Shown here: in pieces, positions 41,729 to 52,416 of the stretch
Layout of the letters: every line of letters begins with the position of its first letter
Numbering within the stretch: the stretch's first letter is position 1
Source: Vicinamibacterales bacterium
GTDB lineage: Bacteria; Acidobacteriota; Vicinamibacteria; Vicinamibacterales; UBA2999
DNA: 64,000 nt
Direction: 5' to 3'
NCBI GenBank assembly: GCA_040081715.1
Contig: JBEBFY010000005.1
Coordinates: 124,438 to 188,437 of the forward strand
Notes under the pieces: model-generated
The model's input: the letters and a program-made list of their open reading frames with translations, nothing else
Told to the model about the DNA's origin: nothing
Database searches by the model: none
Translations under genes and position numbers: made by a program

Positions 41729-42118
41729 ATGACTGAGCGCGTGCCTGCCATCAAGGTCCTCCTGATGCCGAAGGACACCAACCCGATGGGGACCATTTTC
41801 GGAGGCGTGATCCTCTCGCACATCGACCTGGCGTCCGCTGTGGAGGCACGCAAGGCGGCACCCCACCACTACGTCACCAAGGCGATGCGCGAGGTCGAGT
41901 TTCACCAACCGGTGTTCGTGGGAGACATCGTGAGCTTCTTCACTGAGACCGTGCGTGTGGGCCGCACGTCCATCACGGTGCGCGTGTCGGTCGAGGCGGA
42001 ACGGTGGTCGGCGGGCAGTGGCGAACGCGTGCCGGTGACGCAAGCCGAGGTGGTGCTGGTGGCCACCGACAACCAGGGCCGTCCCGTTCCGGTGCGGCCC
42101 GAACCACTCAGCGCCTGA
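41729..42118 (+). CDS. hotdog-fold acyl-CoA thioesterase (YciA-like)
   Basis: Only the last 129 codons of track ORF 39950..42118 are plausible. MTERVPAIKVLLMPKDTNPMGTIFGGVILSHIDLASA ... FHQPVFVGDIVSF. Confidence 0.75.
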   Translation: MTERVPAIKVLLMPKDTNPMGTIFGGVILSHIDLASAVEARKAAPHHYVTKAMREVEFHQPVFVGDIVSFFTETVRVGRTSITVRVSVEAERWSAGSGERVPVTQAEVVLVATDNQGRPVPVRPEPLSA

Positions 42119-42147
42119 CCGGCTGACTGAGGACCCATCGAGGACGA

Positions 42148-43992
42148 GTGATGTCACAGGCTGTGTCGTACCGCCCCGAACCCGGCGAGATGCCGGAACG
42201 CGCCGCGGTACCCGAGTACTACAAATGGAACCTTACGGATATCTGCAGGGACTGGGACGACTGGTCGGAGGCGTTCGGGTCGCTCGAGTCCGGCATCGAT
42301 CGGCTGGCGGCGTTTCAGGGCACGCTCTCGCTCGGGGCGGCGCAGCTCCTGTCGTCCCTGACCGCGCAGGACGAGGTCGAAGCCTTGATGTACAAGGTGT
42401 GGTACTTCGCCTCGCTGCACCACGACGAGGACCAGCGTGACAACAGCGCCAACGCCCGGCGCCAGCAGGTGCAGATCCTGTTTGCCCGGCACGCGCAGGC
42501 GACGTCGTGGTTCAGTCCGGAATTACTGGCCATCCCCGAGGCCACCGTGCGGGGGTGGCTGGATGCGCACGCGGGGCTGGCGCTCTACCGCTTCGCGATT
42601 GAGAGCCTCTATCACTCGCAGGAGCACGTCCTCGACCAGCAGGGCGAGCGCCTGCTCTCGCTGTCGGGCCGGTTTTCCGGCACGCCTCACGACGCCTACG
42701 CCGCGCTGACAACCGCGGACGCTTCTTTCCCGACGATCACGCTGGCGTCGGGAGACGAGGTCACCCTCAGCTATGGCCGCTACCGGGCGTTGCTGGAAAC
42801 CAACCGGCATCAGCCGGATAGGGCCACGGCGTACCGCGCCTTCCATGGCATGTTCGCCAAGTCGGCCAATACCTTCGCGGCGATCTACAACGGCGTGTTG
42901 CAGCGCGACTGGTTTCACGCGCGCTCACGCGGGTATGCGTCCACGCTCGAGTCGGCACTGCACGGCAACAACATCCCCACGTCGGTCGTCACGACGCTGA
43001 TTGATGAGGGGAAGGCGGGCACGGCGCCGCTGCGGCGCTATCACCAGATCCGGAAGCGGGCGCTGGGCCTGACCGAGTACACGTTGTTCGATACGGCCGT
43101 GCCCCTCGTGGAGCACGATGCGCGGTACCGCTATGAGGACGTGCTCGAATGGATCGTGGCCTCCACGATGCCACTGGGCGCGGACTACCAGCAGATGGTG
43201 CGCGAGGCCTTCGCCGGCCGGTGGATCGACGTCTTCGAGAACGCCGGGAAGCGCAGCGGGGCGTACTCGGCGCCGGTGTACGGATCCCACCCGTACATGC
43301 TCCTCAACTACAACGAGACGCTGGATGCCGTGTTCACACTCGCGCATGAGATGGGGCACTCGATGCACACGGTGCTGGCGCACCGGGCGCAGCCGTTCCG
43401 CTATGCGGCCTACGAGATATTTGTCGCAGAGGTGCCGTCCACGCTGAGCGAGGCGCTGTTCCTGGACTTCATGCTGGCCCGGGCCACTTCGCGCGAGGAG
43501 CGCATTGTGCTGCTGCAGCACGCCATCGACAGCATCGCCGGCACGTTCTTCACGCAGGTCCTCTTCGCGGACTTCGAACTGCAGGCTCACCGGGTGGTCG
43601 AGCAGGACCAGCCGGTGACATCCGATGTGCTCAGCGGCATTTATGCGGGCCTGCTGCGCGAGTACTACGGCTCGGCCATCGACGATGAGGCGCTCTCGCG
43701 CCTCACGTGGGCGCGCATCCCGCACTTCTTCAGCACGCCGTACTACGTGTACCAGTACTCGACGTGCTTCGCGTCCACGGCGCGGCTGATGCAGGGCCTC
43801 CGGGCCGGAGACGACGCGACGCGCGCGGGTGCCGTGGACCGGTATCTCTCCCTGCTGCGGGCTGGCGGCAGCGACTACCCGATTACGCTGCTCCAGCGGG
43901 CTGGCGTGGACCTCACGCAGCCGGACACCGTGCGGGCCGTGTCGATTGAGCTCGACACCCTCGTCAGCCGGCTCGAAGCCGAGCTGGGGTAG
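42148..43992 (+). CDS. pepF: oligoendopeptidase F (M3B family)
   Basis: 614 aa. YKWNLTDI near the N-terminus and the zinc motif TLAHEMGHSMH. The ATG at 42151 is an equally possible start. Confidence 0.8.
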   Translation: MMSQAVSYRPEPGEMPERAAVPEYYKWNLTDICRDWDDWSEAFGSLESGIDRLAAFQGTLSLGAAQLLSSLTAQDEVEALMYKVWYFASLHHDEDQRDNSANARRQQVQILFARHAQATSWFSPELLAIPEATVRGWLDAHAGLALYRFAIESLYHSQEHVLDQQGERLLSLSGRFSGTPHDAYAALTTADASFPTITLASGDEVTLSYGRYRALLETNRHQPDRATAYRAFHGMFAKSANTFAAIYNGVLQRDWFHARSRGYASTLESALHGNNIPTSVVTTLIDEGKAGTAPLRRYHQIRKRALGLTEYTLFDTAVPLVEHDARYRYEDVLEWIVASTMPLGADYQQMVREAFAGRWIDVFENAGKRSGAYSAPVYGSHPYMLLNYNETLDAVFTLAHEMGHSMHTVLAHRAQPFRYAAYEIFVAEVPSTLSEALFLDFMLARATSREERIVLLQHAIDSIAGTFFTQVLFADFELQAHRVVEQDQPVTSDVLSGIYAGLLREYYGSAIDDEALSRLTWARIPHFFSTPYYVYQYSTCFASTARLMQGLRAGDDATRAGAVDRYLSLLRAGGSDYPITLLQRAGVDLTQPDTVRAVSIELDTLVSRLEAELG

Positions 43993-44120
43993 GGCGGGAC
44001 GCCCTGAATCAGGCCGCGACGCGCGTGTCCTCGGCCGGCGCGGCGCTGCATGCGTCGCTCCAGGGGAAGGGTGCGGGTGTTCGCCCTGTTGGTTGACGGG
44101 GACGCCATGGCATGAAACAC

Positions 44121-44134
44121 TAAATCCGGATTTA
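44121..44134. promoter_or_regulatory. 14-bp perfect palindrome 4 nt upstream of the second ArsR-MTase gene
   Basis: TAAATCCGGATTTA is its own reverse complement. AT-rich in a GC-rich context. Confidence 0.4.
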
Positions 44135-44137
44135 CGG

Positions 44138-45091
44138 ATGCAGTCTGTCGCGCACGTCGCCATCTTCGACCACCTCTCCGTGCTGGGCGACCCGGTCCGC
44201 TGCCGCGTGGTGCGCCTGCTGGAGGAGCACGAGCTGACGGTGTCGGAGCTGTGCGAGGTGCTGCAGATGCCGCAGTCGAGCGTCAGCCGGCACCTGAAGC
44301 TGCTGGCCGACGACGGCTGGCTCAGCTCGCGACGTGACGGCACGAGCCGCCTCTATTCCGTACCGGCGGATGCCCTGGACGCTGGCGCCCGCCGCCTGTG
44401 GCCGATCCTGCGGGAGCAGTTGGCGTCCCTCCCGGCGGCCGGTCAGGATGCCACGCGTCTCATCGACGTACTCGCCCGGCGGCGGCAGCGGTCCCAGGAG
44501 TTCTTCTCCACGGCAGCGGGCCAGTGGGACCGCGTCCGGGAGGATCTGTTCGGCGCGGTGTTCCACCTCTACGCGCTGCTGCCGCTGCTGTCGCCCGATG
44601 CCGTCGTGGGTGACCTCGGGTGCGGCACGGGCCAGGTGGCTGCCGCGCTGGCGCCGTGGGTGAAGCGGGTCGTGGCCGTGGATGGGTCGGCCGACATGCT
44701 GCGTGCCGCGCGCGAACGGCTGGGCGCGCTGAAGAACGTCAGCGTGAAGGACGGCCACCTCGAGAGGCTGCCCGTGCGCGACGGCGAGCTCGACATCGCG
44801 ATGCTCTCGCTCGTGCTGCACCATGTGCCCGACCCGGGTCAGGCGCTGGCCGAGGTAGGGCGCGCGGTGAAGCCGGGCGGCCGCGTACTGGTGGTGGACA
44901 TGCTGCCGCACGACCGGGCTGAGTACCGGCAGGGCATGGGACATGTGTGGCTCGGGTTTTCGGCCAAACACATGACGAAGCTGTTGAACGGCGCCGGGTT
45001 CGGCGACGTTCGCGTGGGGCCGCTTCCGGTGGACCGGGCGGCCAAGGGACCTGCGCTGTTCGTAGCAGTGGCGACGAAGCACGGGTCGTGA
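44138..45091 (+). CDS. ArsR-family HTH fused to a class I SAM-methyltransferase fold (second SahR-type paralog), upstream of ahcY
   Basis: Trimmed to the ATG at 44138. LSVLGDPVRCRVVRLLEEHELTVSELCEVLQMPQSSVSRHLKLLADDGWL is the HTH. VGDLGCGTGQVAAALA ... LDIAMLSLVLHHVPDP ... VKPGGRVLVVD is the methyltransferase fold. Confidence 0.8.
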   Translation: MQSVAHVAIFDHLSVLGDPVRCRVVRLLEEHELTVSELCEVLQMPQSSVSRHLKLLADDGWLSSRRDGTSRLYSVPADALDAGARRLWPILREQLASLPAAGQDATRLIDVLARRRQRSQEFFSTAAGQWDRVREDLFGAVFHLYALLPLLSPDAVVGDLGCGTGQVAAALAPWVKRVVAVDGSADMLRAARERLGALKNVSVKDGHLERLPVRDGELDIAMLSLVLHHVPDPGQALAEVGRAVKPGGRVLVVDMLPHDRAEYRQGMGHVWLGFSAKHMTKLLNGAGFGDVRVGPLPVDRAAKGPALFVAVATKHGS

Positions 45092-45137
45092 CGGAGTGTC
45101 AGTGACGGGGCGCACGCGTCAGCGGGCGCAGCGGGTC

Positions 45138-45163
45138 TCATAGGCGGGTTTCATAGGCGGGTT
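45138..45163 (+). repeat. perfect tandem duplication of a 13-mer, 22 nt upstream of the ahcY start
   Basis: TCATAGGCGGGTT at 45138-45150 is repeated exactly at 45151-45163. Confidence 0.9.
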
Positions 45164-45184
45164 CCGTAAACAGAGGAGAGAGCG

Positions 45185-46684
<1,500 letters not shown>

Positions 46685-46715
46685 TTCACGCCATCCGCTA
46701 CCACACGAGACCCCC

Positions 46716-47792
46716 ATGTCCCTGCTGTTGTCGCCCACCACGCTCGGTCCGCTGTCGCTCCAGAATCGCATGGCCATGTCACCCATGACGCGCAGCCGTG
46801 CCATCGGTAACATCCCGAATGCGCTGATGGCCACCTACTACGGCCAGCGCTCGTCGGCGGGCCTCATCATCACCGAGGGTGTGGCGCCGTCGCCCAACGG
46901 ACTCGGCTACGCCCGCATCCCGGGGCTCTACTCGGAGGCCCAGGTGGACGGCTGGATACCAGTGACGGCTGCGGCCCATGCCGGCGGCGCGAAGATCATC
47001 GCGCAGTTGATGCACACCGGGCGCGTGAGCCACCCGCTCAACATGCCGGCCGGTGCGCGCGTGCTGGCGCCGTCAGCGGTGGCCGCCGCGGGCCAGATGT
47101 GGACCGACCAGGCACAGATGCAGGATCTGCCGGTGCCCGAAGCCATGAGCACGGCGGACGTGGCGAGCACCATCCTGGAATTTGCAGCGGCCGCGCGGAA
47201 CGCCATCGCCGCCGGGTTTGACGGCATCGAGCTGCACGGCGCGAACGGGTACCTCATCGAGCAGTTCATCCGCCCGAACTCCAATCGACGGACGGATGCG
47301 TACGGCGGGTCCATCGAACGCCGTGCACGGTTTGTCATGGAGATCGTGGATGCGGTCAGCTTCGCGATCGGCAAGGACAAGGTGGGCATCCGCCTCTCGC
47401 CGTACGGCGTCTTCAACGACATGCCGCTTTACGACGCAATGGAAGAGGACTACACCTACCTGGCCGAGCAGCTCGGTGCGCGCCAGATCCTGTATGTGCA
47501 TGTCCTCGATCACTCCGGTGGCGGGGCCCCGCCCGTGCCGGACGCCATCAAGGCCACGTTCCGCCAGCATTTCCCGGACAACCTCATCCTGGCTGGTGGC
47601 TACGGAGCCGAGCGGGCCGAGGCCGATCTGGCCGCAGGCAAGGCCGACGTCATCACGTTCGGCATGACGTTCCTGGCGAATCCGGACCTGCCGGCCCGTT
47701 TCAGGAGCGGCGCCGCGCTCAACGCGCCGGACGTCACTACGCTCTACACGCCCGGCGAGACGGGCTACACCGACTACCCGGCGCTGGGGTAG
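46716..47792 (+). CDS. Old Yellow Enzyme family alkene reductase / NADH:flavin oxidoreductase
   Basis: LGPLSLQNRMAMSPMTRSRA ... IAQLMHTGRVSH ... FDGIELHGANGYLIEQF ... RTDAYGGSIERRARF. Confidence 0.85.
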   Translation: MSLLLSPTTLGPLSLQNRMAMSPMTRSRAIGNIPNALMATYYGQRSSAGLIITEGVAPSPNGLGYARIPGLYSEAQVDGWIPVTAAAHAGGAKIIAQLMHTGRVSHPLNMPAGARVLAPSAVAAAGQMWTDQAQMQDLPVPEAMSTADVASTILEFAAAARNAIAAGFDGIELHGANGYLIEQFIRPNSNRRTDAYGGSIERRARFVMEIVDAVSFAIGKDKVGIRLSPYGVFNDMPLYDAMEEDYTYLAEQLGARQILYVHVLDHSGGGAPPVPDAIKATFRQHFPDNLILAGGYGAERAEADLAAGKADVITFGMTFLANPDLPARFRSGAALNAPDVTTLYTPGETGYTDYPALG

Positions 47793-47798
47793 TCCGCC

Positions 47799-48068
47799 GT
47801 GCTCCGGTATTCTCCGGCCGTGACCTACCGCTATAAACCCGAGGTCCTCGCCGAACTGGCGGGATACGGCGTCTTCCCCAAACCGCACACGCGGCCGGAA
47901 CTGGTGATCGAGTTCATGCGCGATCTCTATCGCACGGAGCTGCGACGGCTCCGGGATCAGCTCGTCAGGGGGGCGATTCCGAAGGCGGGCTACTACGGCC
48001 GCGTCGTGGCGATGCGCCGGAAGTATCCGATCGTCTCGCTCAAGCCGCACGAATTGGTGGAGCCGTAG
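47799..48068 (+). CDS. hypothetical small protein (89 aa)
   Basis: GTG start 6 nt after the upstream stop. GC3-rich codon usage like its neighbours. No family recognised. Confidence 0.4.
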   Translation: MLRYSPAVTYRYKPEVLAELAGYGVFPKPHTRPELVIEFMRDLYRTELRRLRDQLVRGAIPKAGYYGRVVAMRRKYPIVSLKPHELVEP

Positions 48069-48168
48069 CGACGTCCCCGCCAAGCGGACGCTTCTCAAGG
48101 AGCGTGACCGACCACTTGGCGGGTCACATGGCAGGCTCTGGCTCGAAGACGATATCTTCGGCACCCTG

Positions 48169-49908
48169 CTAGAAGGAGGCTTCGACCCACCCGCGGACCG
48201 AGTTGACCACCCACAGCCGCGGCGCCGCAAGCAGTTCCGCGACCGTGATGCGGCGTTCCGTGATCGAGCCGGATTCCAGGAGTTCGGCCCGCATCACGCC
48301 CGCAAGGAGGCCGCAGTCCAACGGCGGTGTCACGCGCTCGCCGTCGATCTCGGCCACCACGTTGAAGCGCGTGGCTTCAGTCACCTCACCGCGCTCGTTC
48401 CACAGGATCACGGCATCCGAGCCCGGATGGCCGGCTTCGGCCGCGGCATACACCTGGCGGCGCGTGGTCTTGTGGAAGAGGAAGACATCCTTCGACGAGA
48501 CCGGTTCGGCGGCCAGGGCCACGCGGAACGGGGTGGGGATGAGTCCCAGCGGTTGGACATCGCACCTGATGGCGCCCGCGTCGTTCAGCAACAGCCGGAC
48601 TTTGGCTGGTCTGGCGGCTGGCCCGGCCAGGTGTGCGGTCGCCTGTGTCAACGTTCGGCGTGCCGAGGCCTCGTCCCATGGCCATCCGAAGTAGGCGGCC
48701 GACGCCTGCAGGCGCGCCAGATGGCGGGCGAGCAGCCTGCAGCCCGTTCCCGGCATCCAGCGGAGCGATTCGAGCAGTTCAAAGGCGGGTGCGCGTGCGG
48801 TCAGGATGGCCGCCTTCACCCGGCACTCCTCGTACTCGCTGCCGGCTTCGGAGTCCCACACGATGCCGCTGCCGACCCCAAACTCGGCCCGCGCCGTGGT
48901 CCGGTCCACGGTGACGGTGCGGATGGCGACGTTGAACTGGGCGCGCCCGCCCGGCTCGATGAGCCCGATGGCGCCGCAATACACGCCGCGCGGCGACGAC
49001 TCGACCCCGCGCAGGATGCCCATCGACCGGACCTTCGGGGCACCGGTGACCGACCCGGAGGGAAAGAGCGCACGGAAAATGTCCACAAGGCCGACGCCCT
49101 CCCGGAGGCGGGCTTCCACGGTGGAGGTCATCTGCCACTGGGCCGGATAGCGTTCCGCGTCGAAGAGAGACGTCACAGCCACCGTGCCGGGCCGTGCGAT
49201 GCGGCCCAGGTCGTTGCGCATCAGGTCCACGATCATCACGTTCTCCGCGCGGTCCTTCGGGGCGTGCACCAGGCCGAAGGCTCTGGCGGCGTCTTCCTCC
49301 GGCCAGCGTCCGCGGGGCGCCGTCCCCTTCATGGGGCGCGTCACGATGCGGTCGCCCTCGCGCGTGAAGAACAGTTCCGGCGAGGCCGAGCAGATGGCAA
49401 AGTCTCCGGTGTCGATGAACGCCGACCAGGGGCCCTGCTGGGCGTCCACAAGCGACCCAAAGAGCGCCCGAGGGTCGCCGTCGAAGGGCGCCCGCATCCG
49501 GAAGGTGTAGTTGAGCTGATAGGTGTCGCCGTCCGCGATGTGCCCCCGGATACGGGCCACATCGGCGGCGTAGCCAGGCTCGTCCACGGAGGCGTCCCAG
49601 TGAAGCGCCCCGGGAGCGCCCCGCCAGAAGTCGGGGAGCGTCTCGTGCGTGACGGCGCTTGCCGGGGAGAAGACGCCGAACCAAGCGAGGGGGAGCCCGG
49701 TGGGCGGCTGGTGGACGGCCAGGTCGAAGGCCGCCGCCGCCTCGTAGGCGACAAACCCTGCGACGAGGCTGCCCCCGTCGGCAGCGTGTTGGGCGGCCTC
49801 CAGCACCCCGGCCACCTCGTCCGGCCGCGCCGCGACCAGTGTGGCTGCCGGTTCGCGGAGTTCGAGCCACGGGCGGCGGTGCGGGGTGCGGAGGAGAACC
49901 GAAGGCAC
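48169..49908 (-). CDS. pabB: fused aminodeoxychorismate synthase component I (PabB-like) and class IV aminotransferase / aminodeoxychorismate lyase (PabC-like)
   Basis: 579 aa. The chorismate-binding part has GDTYQLNYTFR ... PMKGTAPRG ... NVMIVDLMRNDLGRI ... SGSVTGAPK ... RGVYCGAIG. The C-terminal ~200 aa has FLFHKTTRRQVY ... GEVTEATRFNVV ... TPPLDCGLLAGVMRAELL. Confidence 0.8.
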   Translation of the reverse strand: MPSVLLRTPHRRPWLELREPAATLVAARPDEVAGVLEAAQHAADGGSLVAGFVAYEAAAAFDLAVHQPPTGLPLAWFGVFSPASAVTHETLPDFWRGAPGALHWDASVDEPGYAADVARIRGHIADGDTYQLNYTFRMRAPFDGDPRALFGSLVDAQQGPWSAFIDTGDFAICSASPELFFTREGDRIVTRPMKGTAPRGRWPEEDAARAFGLVHAPKDRAENVMIVDLMRNDLGRIARPGTVAVTSLFDAERYPAQWQMTSTVEARLREGVGLVDIFRALFPSGSVTGAPKVRSMGILRGVESSPRGVYCGAIGLIEPGGRAQFNVAIRTVTVDRTTARAEFGVGSGIVWDSEAGSEYEECRVKAAILTARAPAFELLESLRWMPGTGCRLLARHLARLQASAAYFGWPWDEASARRTLTQATAHLAGPAARPAKVRLLLNDAGAIRCDVQPLGLIPTPFRVALAAEPVSSKDVFLFHKTTRRQVYAAAEAGHPGSDAVILWNERGEVTEATRFNVVAEIDGERVTPPLDCGLLAGVMRAELLESGSITERRITVAELLAAPRLWVVNSVRGWVEASF

Positions 49909-50085
49909 GCCAGCCTATTGTCCTTCGGGGACGCCGGTGCGGACCCTCGCGCAATAAATGGATTGGTCCCGGCCGGCACCACGCACCGGCCGCAACGGAG
50001 ACTGACTTTCCGTTTGATTGCGTGCGGCCTCATTGCGTATTCTTAGAAGTCTTCCAAATACTTCTCTCCAGATAAGGATTCGAAC

Positions 50086-51246
50086 GTGACCACCAGCGCC
50101 ACGCCTGCGGCCCTCTCGCGCCTCAATGAAGAGGAACAGCTCTTCGCGGACAGCGTCTACGAGTTTGCGGACAAGGAAATCCGCCCGCTCGTCCGCGAGA
50201 TGGATGAGCACGCCAAGCTCGACAAGAACCTCATCCCGAAGCTATTCGACCTCGGCATCATGGGCATCGAGATCCCGGAGGAGTACGGCGGCGCGGGTGC
50301 CTCGTTCTTCTACTCCGTGCTGGCCGTCGAGCAGCTCTCGCGCGTGGACCCGTCGGTGGGCGTCTTCGTGGACGTCCAGAACACGCTGTTCATCAATGGC
50401 CTCGTGAAGTGGGGCAGTGAGGACATCAAGAAGCGCTATTGCCCGAAGGTGGCCACGGACACGGTTGGCGCCTATGCGCTGTCGGAGGCCGGGTCCGGCA
50501 GCGACGCCTTCGCGATGGCGACGCGCGGCACGGAGGACGGCGACAGTTACGTCCTGACGGGCCGCAAGCTCTGGATCACCAACGGCAACGAAGCCAATCT
50601 CTTCATGGTGTTCGCCAACGTGAACCCGGACGCCGGGTACAGGGGCATCACGGCGTTCCTGGTGGAGCGCGGCATGCCGGGCTTCTCGGTGGGGAAGAAG
50701 GAAGACAAGCTGGGCATCCGCGCCAGCAGCACCTGCGAGCTGTTGCTCGACGGCTGCCGTGTGCCGAAGGCCAACGTCCTCGGCGAAGTGGGCAAGGGCT
50801 ACAAGGTGGCGATGGACACCCTCAACGAGGGCCGCATCGGTATCGGCGCGCAGATGATCGGCGCCGGCCGCGGCGCCCTCGACGCCACGATCGCCTATGT
50901 GAAGGAGCGCAAGCAGTTCGGCAAGGCCATCGCCGAGTTCCAGGCGGTGCGCCACCAGATTGCCCGCGCGGCCATCGACCTGCAGACGGCGAAGCTCCTG
51001 GTGTACGACGCCGCGCGCCTGCGCGACATGGGCCTGCCGTTCCTCAACGAGGCGGCCATGGCCAAGGTCTACTCGTCCGAGGTGGCCGAGCGCATCACGT
51101 CGATGGCCATCAACCTGTTCGGCGGCAACGGGTACGTCAAGGAGTACCCGGTGGAGAAGTTCTGGCGCGACGCCAAGATCGGCCAGATCTACGAGGGCAC
51201 GTCGAATATGCAGCTCGAGACCATCGCCAAGCAGATCATCGGGTGA
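50086..51246 (+). CDS. acyl-CoA dehydrogenase (short/branched-chain type)
   Basis: 386 aa with a GTG start. YALSEAGSGSDAFAM ... WITNG ... ERKQFGKAIAEFQAVRHQIA ... IYEGTSNMQLETIAKQI. Confidence 0.85.
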   Translation: MTTSATPAALSRLNEEEQLFADSVYEFADKEIRPLVREMDEHAKLDKNLIPKLFDLGIMGIEIPEEYGGAGASFFYSVLAVEQLSRVDPSVGVFVDVQNTLFINGLVKWGSEDIKKRYCPKVATDTVGAYALSEAGSGSDAFAMATRGTEDGDSYVLTGRKLWITNGNEANLFMVFANVNPDAGYRGITAFLVERGMPGFSVGKKEDKLGIRASSTCELLLDGCRVPKANVLGEVGKGYKVAMDTLNEGRIGIGAQMIGAGRGALDATIAYVKERKQFGKAIAEFQAVRHQIARAAIDLQTAKLLVYDAARLRDMGLPFLNEAAMAKVYSSEVAERITSMAINLFGGNGYVKEYPVEKFWRDAKIGQIYEGTSNMQLETIAKQIIG

Positions 51247-52412
51247 AGACCGACGTAGTCATGCCCCAGATGGGGGAGTCGATCGCCGAGGGCACCGTTG
51301 CACGGTGGCTGAAGCAGGTCGGCGACGCTGTGGGCCGGGACGAGCCGCTCCTCGAAATCTCCACGGACAAGGTTGACGCCGAGATCCCGTCGCCGGTGGC
51401 TGGTGTGCTGGTGGAGATCCGCGTGCCGGCCGGGGAGATGGCCGAGGTGCATGCGGTCCTGGCCGTGATCGAGACGGCGGCCTCGGCAGGCGCAGTTGCG
51501 GCGGTGGCCGTGCCAACTACCCCAGCAGCCGCGAGGCCAGCACCGACGGCAGTGCCTGCCGTGACCCGTCCGACCGTGGCCAGCAGCTTCACGGGCAAGG
51601 CCTCGCCTGTGGCGCGCGTCATGGCGAGGGTGCATGGCATCGATCTGACGGCGGTGACGCCGGCCGGAGCCCGCATCTCGCGGGCCGACGTCGAGAGGTT
51701 CCTCAGCGGACCGAAGGTCACCATCAATCCCGGCGACACCGTGGAGCCGATGACGACCATGCGGCGGAAGATCGCCGAGCACATGATCGCCAGCCGGCGT
51801 ACGTCGGCCCACGCGCATTCCGTGTTCCTCGTGGACTGCGGGCACGTAGAAGCCCTTCGCAAGACGCGGAAGACACAGTACGAAGCGGCCGGCGTGAAGG
51901 TCAGCATCCTGCCGTTCGTGATGCTGGCCGCCGCCCGGGCCCTGCGCGACTTCCCGTTACTCAACGCCTCGCTCATCGGTGACCAGTTAGTTCTTCGCCA
52001 CGACATCAACGTGGGCGTGGCGGTGGCGCTCGACACCGGGTTGATCGTGCCCGTCGTGAAGCGCGCCGACCAGCTCGACATCGTGGGTGTGGCGAAGGCC
52101 ATCGGCGATTTGGCCGCGCGCGCACGGAGCAAGCAGTTGAAGCCGGACGAGGTTGTGGGCGGCACATTTACCGTGACCAACCCCGGCAATTTCGGTGGCG
52201 CGTTTGCGACGCCGATCATCAACCAGCCGCAGGTGGCCATCCTGGAGCTGGGGACCGTGGAGAAGCGTCCGGTGGTGGTGGATGACCAGATCGTCGTCCG
52301 GCCGATGATGAACCTGACGCTCGGATTCGACCACCGGCTGGTGGACGGCGCTCTGGCCGACCAGTATCTGGCGGCTGTGAAGCGAAACCTGGAAACGTGG
52401 AGCGAGGAGTAG
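51243..52412 (+). CDS. 2-oxoacid dehydrogenase E2 component (lipoamide acyltransferase)
   Basis: GTG at 51243 overlaps the acd stop (GTGA). Lipoyl domain MPQMGESIAEGTVARWLK...LLEISTDKVDAEIPSP. Ala/Pro linker. E3-binding domain SPVARVMARVHGIDLTAVTPAGARISRADVERFL. Catalytic motif DHRLVDG. Confidence 0.85.
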   Translation: MKTDVVMPQMGESIAEGTVARWLKQVGDAVGRDEPLLEISTDKVDAEIPSPVAGVLVEIRVPAGEMAEVHAVLAVIETAASAGAVAAVAVPTTPAAARPAPTAVPAVTRPTVASSFTGKASPVARVMARVHGIDLTAVTPAGARISRADVERFLSGPKVTINPGDTVEPMTTMRRKIAEHMIASRRTSAHAHSVFLVDCGHVEALRKTRKTQYEAAGVKVSILPFVMLAAARALRDFPLLNASLIGDQLVLRHDINVGVAVALDTGLIVPVVKRADQLDIVGVAKAIGDLAARARSKQLKPDEVVGGTFTVTNPGNFGGAFATPIINQPQVAILELGTVEKRPVVVDDQIVVRPMMNLTLGFDHRLVDGALADQYLAAVKRNLETWSEE

Positions 52413-52416
52413 AAGC

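Noticed and set aside
45092-45184. Possible SAH riboswitch in the ahcY leader.
   Set aside because: The spacer is only 93 nt, and I cannot identify the conserved SAH-riboswitch helices or pseudoknot by eye. Only the tandem 13-mer is reported. A cmsearch would be decisive.
50045-50065. The inverted repeat AGAAGT-N9-ACTTCT in the AT-richer pabB/acd divergent region, as a possible operator.
   Set aside because: The arms are only 6 bp and no regulator gene is adjacent, so it is within chance expectation for an AT-rich promoter region.
50076-50085. GGATTCGAAC, the reverse complement of a tRNA T-arm-like GTTCGAATCC.
   Set aside because: A minus-strand tRNA anchored here would extend into the acyl-CoA dehydrogenase coding sequence, and no acceptor or anticodon arms can be built. 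The motif more likely just precedes the GTG start.
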